The notes beneath the pieces were generated by a model. The model did no database searches. It was not told where the DNA came from and worked only from the letters and a program-made list of their open reading frames with translations. Below are positions 35,325 through 44,558 of a stretch of DNA of 64,000 bases, in pieces; within the stretch, counting starts at the first letter, position 1; every line of letters starts with the position of its first letter. The DNA is taken from NCBI GenBank assembly GCA_036506775.1, contig DASXRE010000287.1, positions 1,088 to 65,087 of the forward strand, written 5' to 3'. The DNA comes from Pyrinomonadaceae bacterium (lineage in GTDB: Bacteria > Acidobacteriota > Blastocatellia > Pyrinomonadales > Pyrinomonadaceae). The translations under genes were made by a program, and so were the position numbers.

Positions 35325-37142
35325 ATGAAAGAAAAAGAGTGGACAATAATGATCTACATGGCCGGTGACAATAATCTCGCTGTCGACATGGCCTACGCGA
35401 TGGAACAAATAAAAGGAGTCGCCGGGTCAGGCGTAGACAGCCCAAATCTTTTCGTCTACTACGACGGCAACTCGCCCGCGATTCCCACACTCTATTGTGA
35501 TTTCTCGGAACCGCACAAACCACGATACGTGCGCTCTTACAAAGTGCCGGACAAACTCTATCCAGTTCCGAAAAAAGAAAATGAGAATGCAGCCGACCCG
35601 CGTTCGATCCTCAACTTCGTCGATTGGTGCGTCAATAAAGTCGAGGTTGACCACAACGGCGAGATCACGTTCGGCCGCCGGGCGCAAAAGTATGCCCTCA
35701 TCTTCTCCGGACACTCACTCGGTTTTCAGGACATCGGTTTGTTTAAGGATGAGACGTCAGGCAAGTCGATGAAGATGACCCAGTTTTACGGCGTGCTTCA
35801 GGGACTGGTCTGCAACAAAAACCAATTAGAGCAACTGGCTCGGATAAATGGTTGGGAAGGCGAGGTGCGCGCGAGGGAAACAGCAGTCCTGCTCGGTCAG
35901 AAGCTCGACATTTTGGGTTTCGATAGCTGCGTGATGGGCATGCTTGAAGTCGGTTATCAGTTCAACTACGTAGCGAAGACGATGATCGCTTCCGAGGGTA
36001 GCGTTCCCAGCGCGGGCTGGACCTACGCGAAGATCCTCGGCTGTTTGACGCGAGAGCATAACCGCAACATCGACACTCGCGACGTGGCAGAACTCTTCGT
36101 CAGGGAATTCATTCACAGTCAGGATGCCTACACCGTTGGCGGCGTTTCAGTCGACATGGCGGCTTGGGATCTGGGCCGGTTTGAACATCTGGCGGAGGCT
36201 TTCGACGAACTCGCCGAGGCTTTAATTCTCTGTTTCGCAGACGAAGAGAGCCGAATTTACCGGCAGATGGAACGCGTGATTCTTCAGGTGCACTGGAAGT
36301 GTCAGTCGTACATGTACGATCAGAACGTCGATCTCGGAGATTTCTGTGAGTTGCTTGATCGAGAGTGTGAGCTGGTCGCGGAAGAGCTGGCTGAGGGTGG
36401 AGATCTCGACCTGTTGACCGTGGTCCAGCGGCAGTGCCGAGGCGTTTTGAAAGAATTGAAGAAGGCTGTGGTTCTCAGTGGCTTCAGTGGCGGAGGTTAC
36501 CAGTACTCGAATGGCGTGTCTGTGTTTTTCCCCTGGTCGCGTGAGGCGTATGAGGTGTCGCGGAAGAATTATGAGAGTTTGTGGTTTGCGAAAGACGTGA
36601 AGCGAAAGCAACTGTCGTGGACGGATTTTTTGAAGAGATATCTTTATGAAGTCACGCTTCGCAAATTCGAACCGCCCCCGGCTGATGTTCCGGATGGAGC
36701 CAGATACAGGTATCCGTCAGGCGTAAAGTTTGACGAGCGGTTCGGCACGATGGCGTATGTGGCGAAGGCCGCCGCGGCCGGGAGGATTGCGGGACAAGAG
36801 GGCTCGAAGATCGCGGGACAAGAAGGCTCGAAGATCGCAGGACAAGAAGGCTCGAAGATCGGTGGTCAGGAAGGCTCCAAGATCGCGGGACAAGAAGGCT
36901 CGAAGATCGCGGGTCAGGAAGGTTCCAAGATCGCGGGTCAGGAAGGCTCGAAGATCGCAGGTCAGGAAGGTTCGAAGATCGCGGGACAAGAGGGTTCGAA
37001 GATTGCTGGTCAGGAAGGTTCCAAGTTGGCGGGTGCCGGTGGCTCGTCGAGTCGATTCTTCGACAGCTTGCGACTTTTCAAAAATATCGAAAGCCGCTGG
37101 GATATTTCCGGCTTCACCAAAAAACCGACTGAACGATTATGA
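35325..37142 (+). CDS. Clostripain-like cysteine peptidase (family C11) with C-terminal octapeptide repeat tail
   Basis: Family-typical start WTIMIYMAGDNNLAVDM. His region ALIFSGHSLGF. Cys region ILGFDSCVMGMLEV. SD AAGGAG 8 nt upstream. 12 nt after the kinase stop. Confidence 0.75.
   Translation: MKEKEWTIMIYMAGDNNLAVDMAYAMEQIKGVAGSGVDSPNLFVYYDGNSPAIPTLYCDFSEPHKPRYVRSYKVPDKLYPVPKKENENAADPRSILNFVDWCVNKVEVDHNGEITFGRRAQKYALIFSGHSLGFQDIGLFKDETSGKSMKMTQFYGVLQGLVCNKNQLEQLARINGWEGEVRARETAVLLGQKLDILGFDSCVMGMLEVGYQFNYVAKTMIASEGSVPSAGWTYAKILGCLTREHNRNIDTRDVAELFVREFIHSQDAYTVGGVSVDMAAWDLGRFEHLAEAFDELAEALILCFADEESRIYRQMERVILQVHWKCQSYMYDQNVDLGDFCELLDRECELVAEELAEGGDLDLLTVVQRQCRGVLKELKKAVVLSGFSGGGYQYSNGVSVFFPWSREAYEVSRKNYESLWFAKDVKRKQLSWTDFLKRYLYEVTLRKFEPPPADVPDGARYRYPSGVKFDERFGTMAYVAKAAAAGRIAGQEGSKIAGQEGSKIAGQEGSKIGGQEGSKIAGQEGSKIAGQEGSKIAGQEGSKIAGQEGSKIAGQEGSKIAGQEGSKLAGAGGSSSRFFDSLRLFKNIESRWDISGFTKKPTERL
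36792..37031 (+). repeat. In-frame tandem repeat, 10 x 24 bp, encoding GQEGSKIA units
   Basis: Ten head-to-tail 24-nt units read directly. Eight encode the identical GQEGSKIA. Unit 3 ends in G and unit 10 reads GQEGSKLA. Units differ at synonymous positions. Confidence 0.95.
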
Positions 37143-37588
37143 ACTCACAATTTGCAAATCCGAACGACTCGCAACCGGCCATCGAAGCGCGACTGCGTAC
37201 GATGCGTACGCTCTGGATTGGTATGCTCTTGAGCGTGGGCGTTTACTACGGCTTTACCCTTCTTCAGGGACGATCGGAATCGCTCGAGCCCAACAACAAG
37301 CTGTTTCTCATTCTGGTCGGCGTTTCACTATCAACAACGCTGATTTCCCTCCTCATAAAAAGCCAGATGTTGAGACGGGCCATCGAGCAACAGCAAGCAC
37401 CACAGGTCCAACAGGCATACGTAATCGCGTGGGCAGTAAGCGAGGTCGCGGCGCTGCTGGCAATGGTTGATTTCTTTGCCACCGGTGATCGCTACTATTA
37501 CGTCATGTTCATCATTGCGGCGTGTGGCCAGTTGCTTCACTTTCCCCGCCGCGAACCTGTCGTAAACGCTTCTTTCAAGAGTTTATGA
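37139..37588 (+). CDS. Small integral membrane protein (hypothetical)
   Basis: 149 aa with ~4 hydrophobic segments. The start ATG overlaps the C11 stop (ATGA), suggesting translational coupling. Confidence 0.55.
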   Translation: MNSQFANPNDSQPAIEARLRTMRTLWIGMLLSVGVYYGFTLLQGRSESLEPNNKLFLILVGVSLSTTLISLLIKSQMLRRAIEQQQAPQVQQAYVIAWAVSEVAALLAMVDFFATGDRYYYVMFIIAACGQLLHFPRREPVVNASFKSL

Positions 37589-37601
37589 AAACGGATCAGT
37601 T

Positions 37602-37667
37602 GTGGCCACCCCGTTTGAGGCGTTAAGAGGGACAGCCAGGGAGTGCTGCCCCTACAAAATCAGGACT
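37602..37667. repeat. Palindromic repeat, family B
   Basis: GTGGCCACCCCGTTTGAGGCG...GCTGCCCCTACAAAATCAGGACT, between convergent gene ends. Confidence 0.8.
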
Positions 37668-37669
37668 AA

Positions 37670-38668
37670 CTAACTGCTCTGCGTTCGGGCGTAAGATTTC
37701 TCCTCGTCACTACCCGCACGCTCGACACTAGCCGCGTTCAGCAACTCAATCGACGCCTGGTCCAACTGAAGCTTCGTCGCCTCGATGAGATCGTTCAGTT
37801 GCTCCAGACTGGTAGCACTGGCAATCGGAGAAGTGATGCTCGGACGCGCTATCAACCACGCAAGCGCAACACGCGCCGGGGTTGAATGATACTGAGAAGC
37901 GACTTGATCCAGCGCATCGAGTATTCGAAATCCACGTTCGTTCAAATACTTCTTGACCGTTCCACCGCGAGCACTCTTCGCCAGATCAGCTTCCGAACGG
38001 TACTTGCCCGTCAGAAATCCCGCCGCCAACGAGTAGTAGTTGATCACGCCGAGACCTTCTTTCAGACACAGCGGCTCCAACTCGTCTTCGAAAGCCGCGC
38101 GGTCGTAAAGATTGTAGAGAGGCTGAAGACTCTCGTATCGCGGCAGGCCACGGCTCTTGCTGATATTCAAAGCTTCGGCGAGTCGCGCGGCACTGTAATT
38201 CGACGCGCCGATCGCCCTGACTTTTCCCTGCTTGATCAACTGATCGTAAGCCCCGAGTGTCGCTTCCAGCGGCGTCTCCTCATCATCCCGGTGCGACTGG
38301 TAAAGATCTATGTAGTCAGTTTGCAGCCGCTGGAGCGACTCATCTACGGAGCGCAAGATGTGCTCCTTCGACAGTCCTTTTCTATCCGGCGCCATTTCCA
38401 TTCCGACCTTGGTCGCGATCACAACCTCGTGCCGTTTGCCACTCCGCTTCAACCAATTCCCGACAATCGCCTCCGATTCGCCGCCTTGATTGCCCGGCAC
38501 CCATTTCGGGTAAACGTCAGCCGTGTCGATGAGGTTGAATCCGTTAGCGACAAAAGCATCCAGCAACGGAAACGCGGCTGCTTCATCAACCGTCCAGCCA
38601 AAAACATTGCCACCGAAAGCCAGCGGCGCAACTTCCAAACCAGATTTTCCCAAGCGTCGTCTTTCCAT
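37670..38668 (-). CDS. Aldo/keto reductase
   Basis: 332 aa with an AKR layout (MERRRLGKSGLEVAPLAFGGNVFGW, IDTADVY, IDLYQSHRDD, VRAIGASNYS). Confidence 0.85.
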   Translation of the reverse strand: MERRRLGKSGLEVAPLAFGGNVFGWTVDEAAAFPLLDAFVANGFNLIDTADVYPKWVPGNQGGESEAIVGNWLKRSGKRHEVVIATKVGMEMAPDRKGLSKEHILRSVDESLQRLQTDYIDLYQSHRDDEETPLEATLGAYDQLIKQGKVRAIGASNYSAARLAEALNISKSRGLPRYESLQPLYNLYDRAAFEDELEPLCLKEGLGVINYYSLAAGFLTGKYRSEADLAKSARGGTVKKYLNERGFRILDALDQVASQYHSTPARVALAWLIARPSITSPIASATSLEQLNDLIEATKLQLDQASIELLNAASVERAGSDEEKSYARTQSS

Positions 38669-38716
38669 TTCAGTATCTCTTTCTTTTCTGACCCCAGTCT
38701 CGCTCTTACTGTTGAC

Positions 38717-39355
38717 TCAGAGTATATTCACGGCGCGACCCGCCAGCAACGCGATGACAAGCAAAGAAATCATCGCCTGAATCATCATTAGGCCCTTGGC
38801 CCAACGCGACAAGACCGGCACGTCCGTCGGTGAAAAGGCAGTACTAGTGTTGAAGGCCAAAAACAGATAGTCAACAAAGTGTGGTTCCCAATCCTCTTCA
38901 CCCGCCGCAGTCTTGGCGTCAGGGTGCATCGTCATCTGCGGAAACAAGAACGCGCCGTCAGTATGCCCGGTTGTACGGGCCCGCTCATGAGGCCCGCCTG
39001 CATCCAGGCGCCAGTACCACGAGGCGAAGACGAGAATGTTTGAGCCCCAAAGCGCCGCAGCAGAGGTCATGAGCCGCTGCGGCGTTATCGCGTGTTGCGT
39101 TACTTGCAGAAGGAGAAAAGCCAGCGAGAAGATCATCGCCGCGGTAACGATCACGTTGAGAACGTAACCCAACGCATGACTCACCGAATGATTGCCGCGC
39201 CGGTGAAGGACCAACATGGGCACGATCAGCACGAGCACAATTGCCACCATCAACCAGCGTGGCGCGCCACCCAACAGACTCGTTGGCAAGGCAGCGTACA
39301 GACCTCCAATAGCCAGCATCGCCACGAATGGTGGCCAGAGTGGTTCACGTGTCAT
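38717..39355 (-). CDS. DUF1345-like membrane protein
   Basis: 212 aa with ~5 TM segments. C-terminal FVDYLFLAFNTSTAFSPTDV...LMMIQAMISLLVIALLAGRAVN matches the DUF1345 pattern. Confidence 0.6.
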   Translation of the reverse strand: MTREPLWPPFVAMLAIGGLYAALPTSLLGGAPRWLMVAIVLVLIVPMLVLHRRGNHSVSHALGYVLNVIVTAAMIFSLAFLLLQVTQHAITPQRLMTSAAALWGSNILVFASWYWRLDAGGPHERARTTGHTDGAFLFPQMTMHPDAKTAAGEEDWEPHFVDYLFLAFNTSTAFSPTDVPVLSRWAKGLMMIQAMISLLVIALLAGRAVNIL

Positions 39356-39999
39356 CGCAGATGCCCCCGAAGTGGACCAACGAAAGCTGTAGGCTGAGAC
39401 AGAACAGTGATCTTAGTAACGGGATGCAGCTCCCACGCAGTGGCGCGCCAGTTTTCCGGGTTGTAAGCGGCGGTGTTCTCGGATTCTTCGGCATGGCCTG
39501 CGTCAAAATACAACCAGCCCTCGAATTCACACCAGTGGCCCACCAACTGCGCTTGCAGCGTTTGTTCAGACCAGTCCACTTTTTGCTTCTCAGCCCACTC
39601 GCGCAGATTTGGCGTGACCTCGAGCATGACCTGCTCGTTCTTCGGAGCATCTTTTCGATTCGCAACCAGAATGTGAATGTCGCGACGACAAGGACTGAAA
39701 CAGTTTGTTGCTTCTGGCCGAGCGTAGGCCACGTCGATTACCAGCCCCTGAATTCTCGCCGCGCGATCCGTGGACCAGCGGCTCGTGTCATCGCCTGGCC
39801 TGAGTAGTTCATCGAGCGTAACGCTTGAATCGAAGTCCGCAGCTTGCGGCAATGCGGTCCTGTTTTTCAACCAGTGCAGGTAGCGGGCGCGGCTGGTGAG
39901 AGCGATGCCGGCGCTCGGACAATTCAAAGCCAGCACCACCCACACCGCGGTGAGAAGAAGAATGACGGCGACAAGGAATAGGCGGGCTCGTCGGAACAT
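39352..39999 (-). CDS. Hypothetical secreted/anchored protein
   Basis: 215 aa with an N-terminal signal/anchor (ARLFLVAVILLLTAVWVVLA). 4-nt overlap with the downstream DUF1345 gene. No motif recognised. Confidence 0.5.
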   Translation of the reverse strand: MFRRARLFLVAVILLLTAVWVVLALNCPSAGIALTSRARYLHWLKNRTALPQAADFDSSVTLDELLRPGDDTSRWSTDRAARIQGLVIDVAYARPEATNCFSPCRRDIHILVANRKDAPKNEQVMLEVTPNLREWAEKQKVDWSEQTLQAQLVGHWCEFEGWLYFDAGHAEESENTAAYNPENWRATAWELHPVTKITVLSQPTAFVGPLRGHLR

Positions 40000-40048
40000 G
40001 GGAGTCGTTGGAATCCTGGTCGCGCCGAAGCGGTACGGCCTTTACGTG

Positions 40049-41110
40049 TTATTGCCACCTAAAGATCTTCAGCGCGACGACAAAACTGACCAGACACCAC
40101 GCAAGCAAGATCGCAATCGGAATCCAGTTGGACGAAAGCGACGCGCCTTCGTTCATCAACGCACGCAACACGTTGTTGAGAGCCGTCAGAGGCAAAGCCT
40201 GGATGAATGGTTGCAGGATTTGTGGAAACCGTTCCGACGAGAAGAATGTGCCTGACAACAACCACATCGGCAGCATGATGAAGTTCATCAGGCCCGAGAC
40301 GCCTTCAATTGTCGTCGGTCGCGCCGCGACCAGCAATCCAAGCCCCGAAAAAGTGAAGCCGCCGAGCACGGTCATCAGAACTACACTCAACCATGAACCA
40401 CGCACGGTAAAACCAAACGCGAGCGACGCGAAGACAATCACGGCTGCGACTTCCAGCACCAGAAACACCAGACGCGAGAGCATAAATGAAAGCAGATAAT
40501 GCGAGCGCCGCATGGGTGTCGCGGCAAAACGCTTGAGAAGTTTTCGCGAGCGCGCTATCACGACCGTGAATCCCAGGCCCCACAATCCACTGCCCATCAG
40601 GTTCATGCCAATCAAACCGGGAACCAGAAAATCAACATAACGTGCGCCCGGTTCAGTGACCTTCTGTTCGCCGACGTTCACCACATCGGTTCGGCCCTTG
40701 CCTCTTTGCAAAGCATCATCAACCAGGAGTCGAGCGGCCCGACTCTCGGGTCTGGTTGGATCAAACCGATAGGCGAAGGAATCGTTCTCTGGTTTGACGA
40801 CGATCGAGACCTTGCCGCTTCGCAAAGCCTGCGTCGCTTCGTCCGGACCTAATACCAGCGCCGTGATTTCAGGAGAACGAGACAAGACACCGGCAGTTTC
40901 ACTTACTTTCTGGTCCATCGAGCTGCCTTCGATCGCCACGAACGTCTTATCCGGGACGGTGTTGCGAAAGGCGATACCCAGCGCGAAGGTCATCAACACG
41001 GGAAAGATGAAGACCCAAAACACGGCTTCCTTCTCGCGCAGGAACTCGCGCACGCGCATTGCGGTCAGCTCGACCAACGGATGAAAAGATTCGGGCGTCG
41101 CTTCAGGCAT
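40049..41110 (-). CDS. ABC-2 type transporter permease
   Basis: 353 aa. One N-terminal TM segment, a large loop and five C-terminal TM segments. Overlaps the upstream ABC ATPase gene by 8 nt. Confidence 0.8.
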   Translation of the reverse strand: MPEATPESFHPLVELTAMRVREFLREKEAVFWVFIFPVLMTFALGIAFRNTVPDKTFVAIEGSSMDQKVSETAGVLSRSPEITALVLGPDEATQALRSGKVSIVVKPENDSFAYRFDPTRPESRAARLLVDDALQRGKGRTDVVNVGEQKVTEPGARYVDFLVPGLIGMNLMGSGLWGLGFTVVIARSRKLLKRFAATPMRRSHYLLSFMLSRLVFLVLEVAAVIVFASLAFGFTVRGSWLSVVLMTVLGGFTFSGLGLLVAARPTTIEGVSGLMNFIMLPMWLLSGTFFSSERFPQILQPFIQALPLTALNNVLRALMNEGASLSSNWIPIAILLAWCLVSFVVALKIFRWQ

Positions 41111-42074
41111 CGCGCAACATTCTCCCTGTCAAACTGACAAAGACGTCTTCGAGCGTCGCTTGATGCGTGGTGAGCGTGACGAGTTCGGACTGTTGCCGCT
41201 TGATTTCCGCCAGCAAGGCAGGCAAGGCGATGCCGATCTCCGAAACCGTGAGCGCGTAGACCTCGCCGCGTTTGTGCAAATGATTGACGGCCGGAAGACG
41301 CGTTAAAGGATCATCTACAAGGTCCTGCGTGACGCTGAATTCGATGATCTGATCGGCGCCGAGCGATTCGATCAACTCGGCAGGCGTTCCGAGCGCGATT
41401 ACTTTTCCGTGGTCCATGATCGCGACACGATCGCACAGACGCGTCGCCTCTTCCATGTAGTGAGTTGTGAGAAGAACGGTACCGCCGCCGGCGCGAAACT
41501 TTTCGACAATGTCCCAGAGAGAAAGACGCGCTTGTGGGTCCAGTCCCGTGGTCGGCTCATCGAGAAACAGGAGTTCCGGATCGCTTACGAGCGCACACGC
41601 GACTGCGAGTCTCTGTTTCTGTCCGCCCGAGAGTTTGCCCACCCGTGCGTTTCGCTTTTCCTCGAGAGCGACTGTGTGAATAACCTCGTCAACGCCATGA
41701 CCGCGCTTGTAAAAACTACGAAAGAGTCTGACGGTTTCGACGACGGTCACCTTCTCTGCGAGTTGCGTTTCCTGCAACTGCACACCGATACGTTCTCGCA
41801 ACGCTCTCTCGTTGCCCGTATTCCAGCGCTGGCCCAGGAGTTCGACAGTGCCTTCATCCGACGGCGTCAGACCTTCCAGTATTTCAACGGTGGTGGTTTT
41901 ACCAGCGCCGTTTGGACCAAGCAAACCAAAACATTCGCCTGCGAATACCTCCAGATCGAGCCCGTTCACGGCTGTGACATCTGCGAACCTCTTTACCAAT
42001 CCCGAGCAGCGCAACGCGACTCGGCCAGTCTCAGGCGCAATCGTGCGCAGTTCCTCTGAAATTTGCGTTGACAT
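41103..42074 (-). CDS. ABC transporter ATP-binding protein (DrrA/ABC-2 exporter type)
   Basis: Walker A GPNGAGKTT, signature LSGGQKQRL, Walker B LLFLDEPTTGLD. Confidence 0.9.
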   Translation of the reverse strand: MSTQISEELRTIAPETGRVALRCSGLVKRFADVTAVNGLDLEVFAGECFGLLGPNGAGKTTTVEILEGLTPSDEGTVELLGQRWNTGNERALRERIGVQLQETQLAEKVTVVETVRLFRSFYKRGHGVDEVIHTVALEEKRNARVGKLSGGQKQRLAVACALVSDPELLFLDEPTTGLDPQARLSLWDIVEKFRAGGGTVLLTTHYMEEATRLCDRVAIMDHGKVIALGTPAELIESLGADQIIEFSVTQDLVDDPLTRLPAVNHLHKRGEVYALTVSEIGIALPALLAEIKRQQSELVTLTTHQATLEDVFVSLTGRMLRDA

Positions 42075-42097
42075 AAGAGGCAGGGATTCTAGCAGGC

Positions 42098-42829
42098 TTA
42101 CAGGCCCGTTTTATAGGCGTACCAAACGCCAAAGCAGATGCTGAGTGCCGCAGCGAGGGTTTGTAGTCCCCGGTGGACATGGGCCAACTTGCCGGAGGTG
42201 AGAGCGAAAGGCAGGCCAATCAACCCTGACATCAAGAGCATTCCCACGATCGATCCAACACCAAAGGTCGCAACGTACAAAAAGCCGAGCCACGATGAAC
42301 TAAGCTGCGTGAGCACCAGCAGAGTCAACGCACCCGAGCCGGCGAGTCCGTGCATCATGCCCACCATCAGTGGCTTCACGCCAATGCGCGATACACCATG
42401 CGAGTGTGGAACAGGCGCAGCCGGCGTGTGCCTGGTTTCGTGTTCGTGAAAGTGAACGTGCGTGTGCGAGACGCCGCCGTGACGGTGCTGATGTACGTGA
42501 ACTTTCGTGTTGGTCCGCAATGTCCGCCAAAGCGCGCTGATGCCCAGACCGATGATCATGAGCGCCACGCCAAACTCCAGCCATCCACTTACTCGCTCCG
42601 GAATCTCAACCCGGAACCACAACACGATCGCGGCAATCACCAGCAATGAGACGGTGTGTCCGGCGCCCCAAAGCGCTCCCACCACGCCCGAGCGAAAAAC
42701 GTTCTTGTGCCGGCTTACGATCGTCGAGATCGCAATGACGTGATCGACTTCGGTTGCGTGTTTCAGCCCAAACACCAAACCGATACCCAAAATAGCAACG
42801 AGACTGAGTGCGCCTGGATTTTCTAGCAT
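42098..42829 (-). CDS. NicO/RcnA-family nickel/cobalt transporter
   Basis: HX4DH signature in TM2 (KHATEVDHV), a His-rich cytoplasmic loop (HVHQHRHGGVSHTHVHFHEHETRH), and ~6 TM segments. Confidence 0.75.
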   Translation of the reverse strand: MLENPGALSLVAILGIGLVFGLKHATEVDHVIAISTIVSRHKNVFRSGVVGALWGAGHTVSLLVIAAIVLWFRVEIPERVSGWLEFGVALMIIGLGISALWRTLRTNTKVHVHQHRHGGVSHTHVHFHEHETRHTPAAPVPHSHGVSRIGVKPLMVGMMHGLAGSGALTLLVLTQLSSSWLGFLYVATFGVGSIVGMLLMSGLIGLPFALTSGKLAHVHRGLQTLAAALSICFGVWYAYKTGL

Positions 42830-42989
42830 ATTCGCGGTAGTTGTTCGCCGACGAGCATATCAACGATCCGCGTGCCGCCAAAACCAGTACGCATCGAAAC
42901 GATTCCTTCGGGCTGCGTTTTGACCTCGCCGATGATGCACGCAGCAGCACCGTAGCGGTGCTGTTCAAGGCGATTGAGAGTTCGTGCAT

Positions 42990-43571
42990 CTAACTCCCCT
43001 GCTCACTTCGCGCCAGAATGTCGAACGAACACTTCACTTCGTTCTTGATCTTGAGCGTGCCGCCCGCAACTGAAACCAGCTTGATCCTGTAGTCGGTTTG
43101 TTTGACAGCGAAATTACCTTTGGCGCGCAAGCTATCGGCGTTTATCGTCACCTCACCATCGAGCCAAATGTTGTTCTGTGCGACACCGTGCAACGTCAGA
43201 TCGCCGATGACGCGCGCGCGATAGCGCCCGTTGCCGATTCGACTCAACGAGACATTCTTGCTTTGAAAAACAATTTCCGGGTACTTGCTGGTCTCAAGCA
43301 CCTCCTCGCGCATCGCGCGCTCGATCTCCCGGCGATCCTTTTCCTTGATACCGTTCAAAACCGTCAGAGAACTCGCGTTGATCGTTAGTTTGAGCGAAGC
43401 ATTTTCAAACGTATCGGGCACAAATTCTGCTTCACCTTGAAAGTCCTTGATGCCGATCACCGGATCGTGCCCAAAGACGGAAAACAGGCCTTCGGCAAAG
43501 GCTTGGGCCGTGAACGTGCTTCCGGCAGCGTCGATCCGGTAGTGTTTGAGATCCGCCATCACATTGATCAT
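42990..43571 (-). CDS. YceI-family (polyisoprenoid-binding) protein
   Basis: 193 aa with a lipocalin-like YceI pattern (YRIDAAGSTFTAQAF...FGHDPVIGIKDFQGE, LTLHGV). Confidence 0.75.
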   Translation of the reverse strand: MINVMADLKHYRIDAAGSTFTAQAFAEGLFSVFGHDPVIGIKDFQGEAEFVPDTFENASLKLTINASSLTVLNGIKEKDRREIERAMREEVLETSKYPEIVFQSKNVSLSRIGNGRYRARVIGDLTLHGVAQNNIWLDGEVTINADSLRAKGNFAVKQTDYRIKLVSVAGGTLKIKNEVKCSFDILARSEQGS

Positions 43572-43651
43572 GGTTGCGGAGTATTATTCAACAGTTACCG
43601 ACGCGAAGGAAATGAATCAGGCCCGTCTCGTAGTGCGCCAGTTCCAATTGT

Positions 43652-43725
43652 GCGCCTCCTTGGAGTGCGCCGACTTGTCGGCGCTTTGGCCAAAGCGGTG
43701 ACAAGTCTCCGCACTCCAAGGAGGC
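43652..43725. repeat. Palindromic intergenic repeat, family A
   Basis: GCGCCTCCTTGGAGTGCGCCGACTTGTCGGCGCTTTGGCCAAAGCGGTGACAAGTCTCCGCACTCCAAGGAGGC. Confidence 0.9.
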
Positions 43726-43779
43726 AAACTGACCTCGTCGCCCGCGGTATTGAACGAGCAACGATCATGGTTTCGGCCC

Positions 43780-44376
43780 TCAAGGCTTCATGAATTTTGC
43801 AACTCCATTGATGAACATCTGTACCGCGAGCATCACCAGCAGCATTCCCATCAAGCGTTCGACCGCAATCAATCCTCGTTCTTTCAACAGCCGGTAGAAG
43901 ATCGTTGAAGAAAGCAGAATGATTGCCGTAACAGCCCACGCGAGCGTCAGCGCAGCCCAGAGTTGCAGCGTGCTGTTTGAACTCGACTGCAACAAGAGAA
44001 GTGCGGCAAGCGTCGATGGTCCAGCGATGAAAGGAATCGCGAGCGGCACGAGGAAAGGCTCGCCCGCGAGCGTGTCGCTGGCGGCGTGATCGCTGGGGAA
44101 GACCATTCTCAGCGCAATCAGAAAGAGGACAATACCGCCCGCAATGCTTATCGTCTCCTCCTGGAGACTTAATAACCGCAAGAGATACTTGCCCAAAAAC
44201 AAAAACACCAGCAGCACGACGTAAGCAACCAGTATTTCGCGGACCAGCACCTTGCGCCGCCGGTCGGGCTGCACGTGTTTCAGCACGGACAGGAACGGCG
44301 GCACGTTACCCAGCGGATCCATGATGAGTAACAAAGTGATCGCGTTGAAGAAGATCCTCATTCGTGGAGAGAACAT
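43780..44376 (-). CDS. MarC-family (UPF0056) membrane protein
   Basis: 198 aa with 6 TM segments and the family motif IMDPLGNVPPFL near the N-terminus. Confidence 0.8.
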   Translation of the reverse strand: MFSPRMRIFFNAITLLLIMDPLGNVPPFLSVLKHVQPDRRRKVLVREILVAYVVLLVFLFLGKYLLRLLSLQEETISIAGGIVLFLIALRMVFPSDHAASDTLAGEPFLVPLAIPFIAGPSTLAALLLLQSSSNSTLQLWAALTLAWAVTAIILLSSTIFYRLLKERGLIAVERLMGMLLVMLAVQMFINGVAKFMKP

Positions 44377-44558
44377 GCCACAAAGAGGGCTGGCTTGTCG
44401 CGGGTTCGACGCGACATGATGCTTTAAGCCTGGCGCTGTTCGCGACGCACTCGGTCCATAACATCCCGATCGTCGTGCATGTCCATGAACGGGTACTTGG
44501 AAGGGTTTTCTGTTCTACGGCAGTGATGTTTGAATCGCGAAAGGCTGTTCCAAAGGAC

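Noticed and set aside
36792-37031. Possible CRISPR array
   Set aside because: The units are contiguous with no spacers. They are only 24 bp long and in-frame within a CDS, and no cas genes are present in the window.
36717-37470. Long Arg/Lys-rich ORFs (36730-37470 plus strand, 36717-36989 minus strand) across the C11 tail
   Set aside because: These are alternative-frame readings of the 24-bp tandem repeat (monotonous RSRDKKARRS units). The C11 frame carries real family motifs upstream and continues through the repeat.
42606-42989. 127-aa ORF as a real protein
   Set aside because: Two thirds of it overlaps the NicO transporter in another frame, and its composition is Ser/Arg-rich. Only the first ~9 codons (MHELSIAL) look meaningful (see the corresponding finding).
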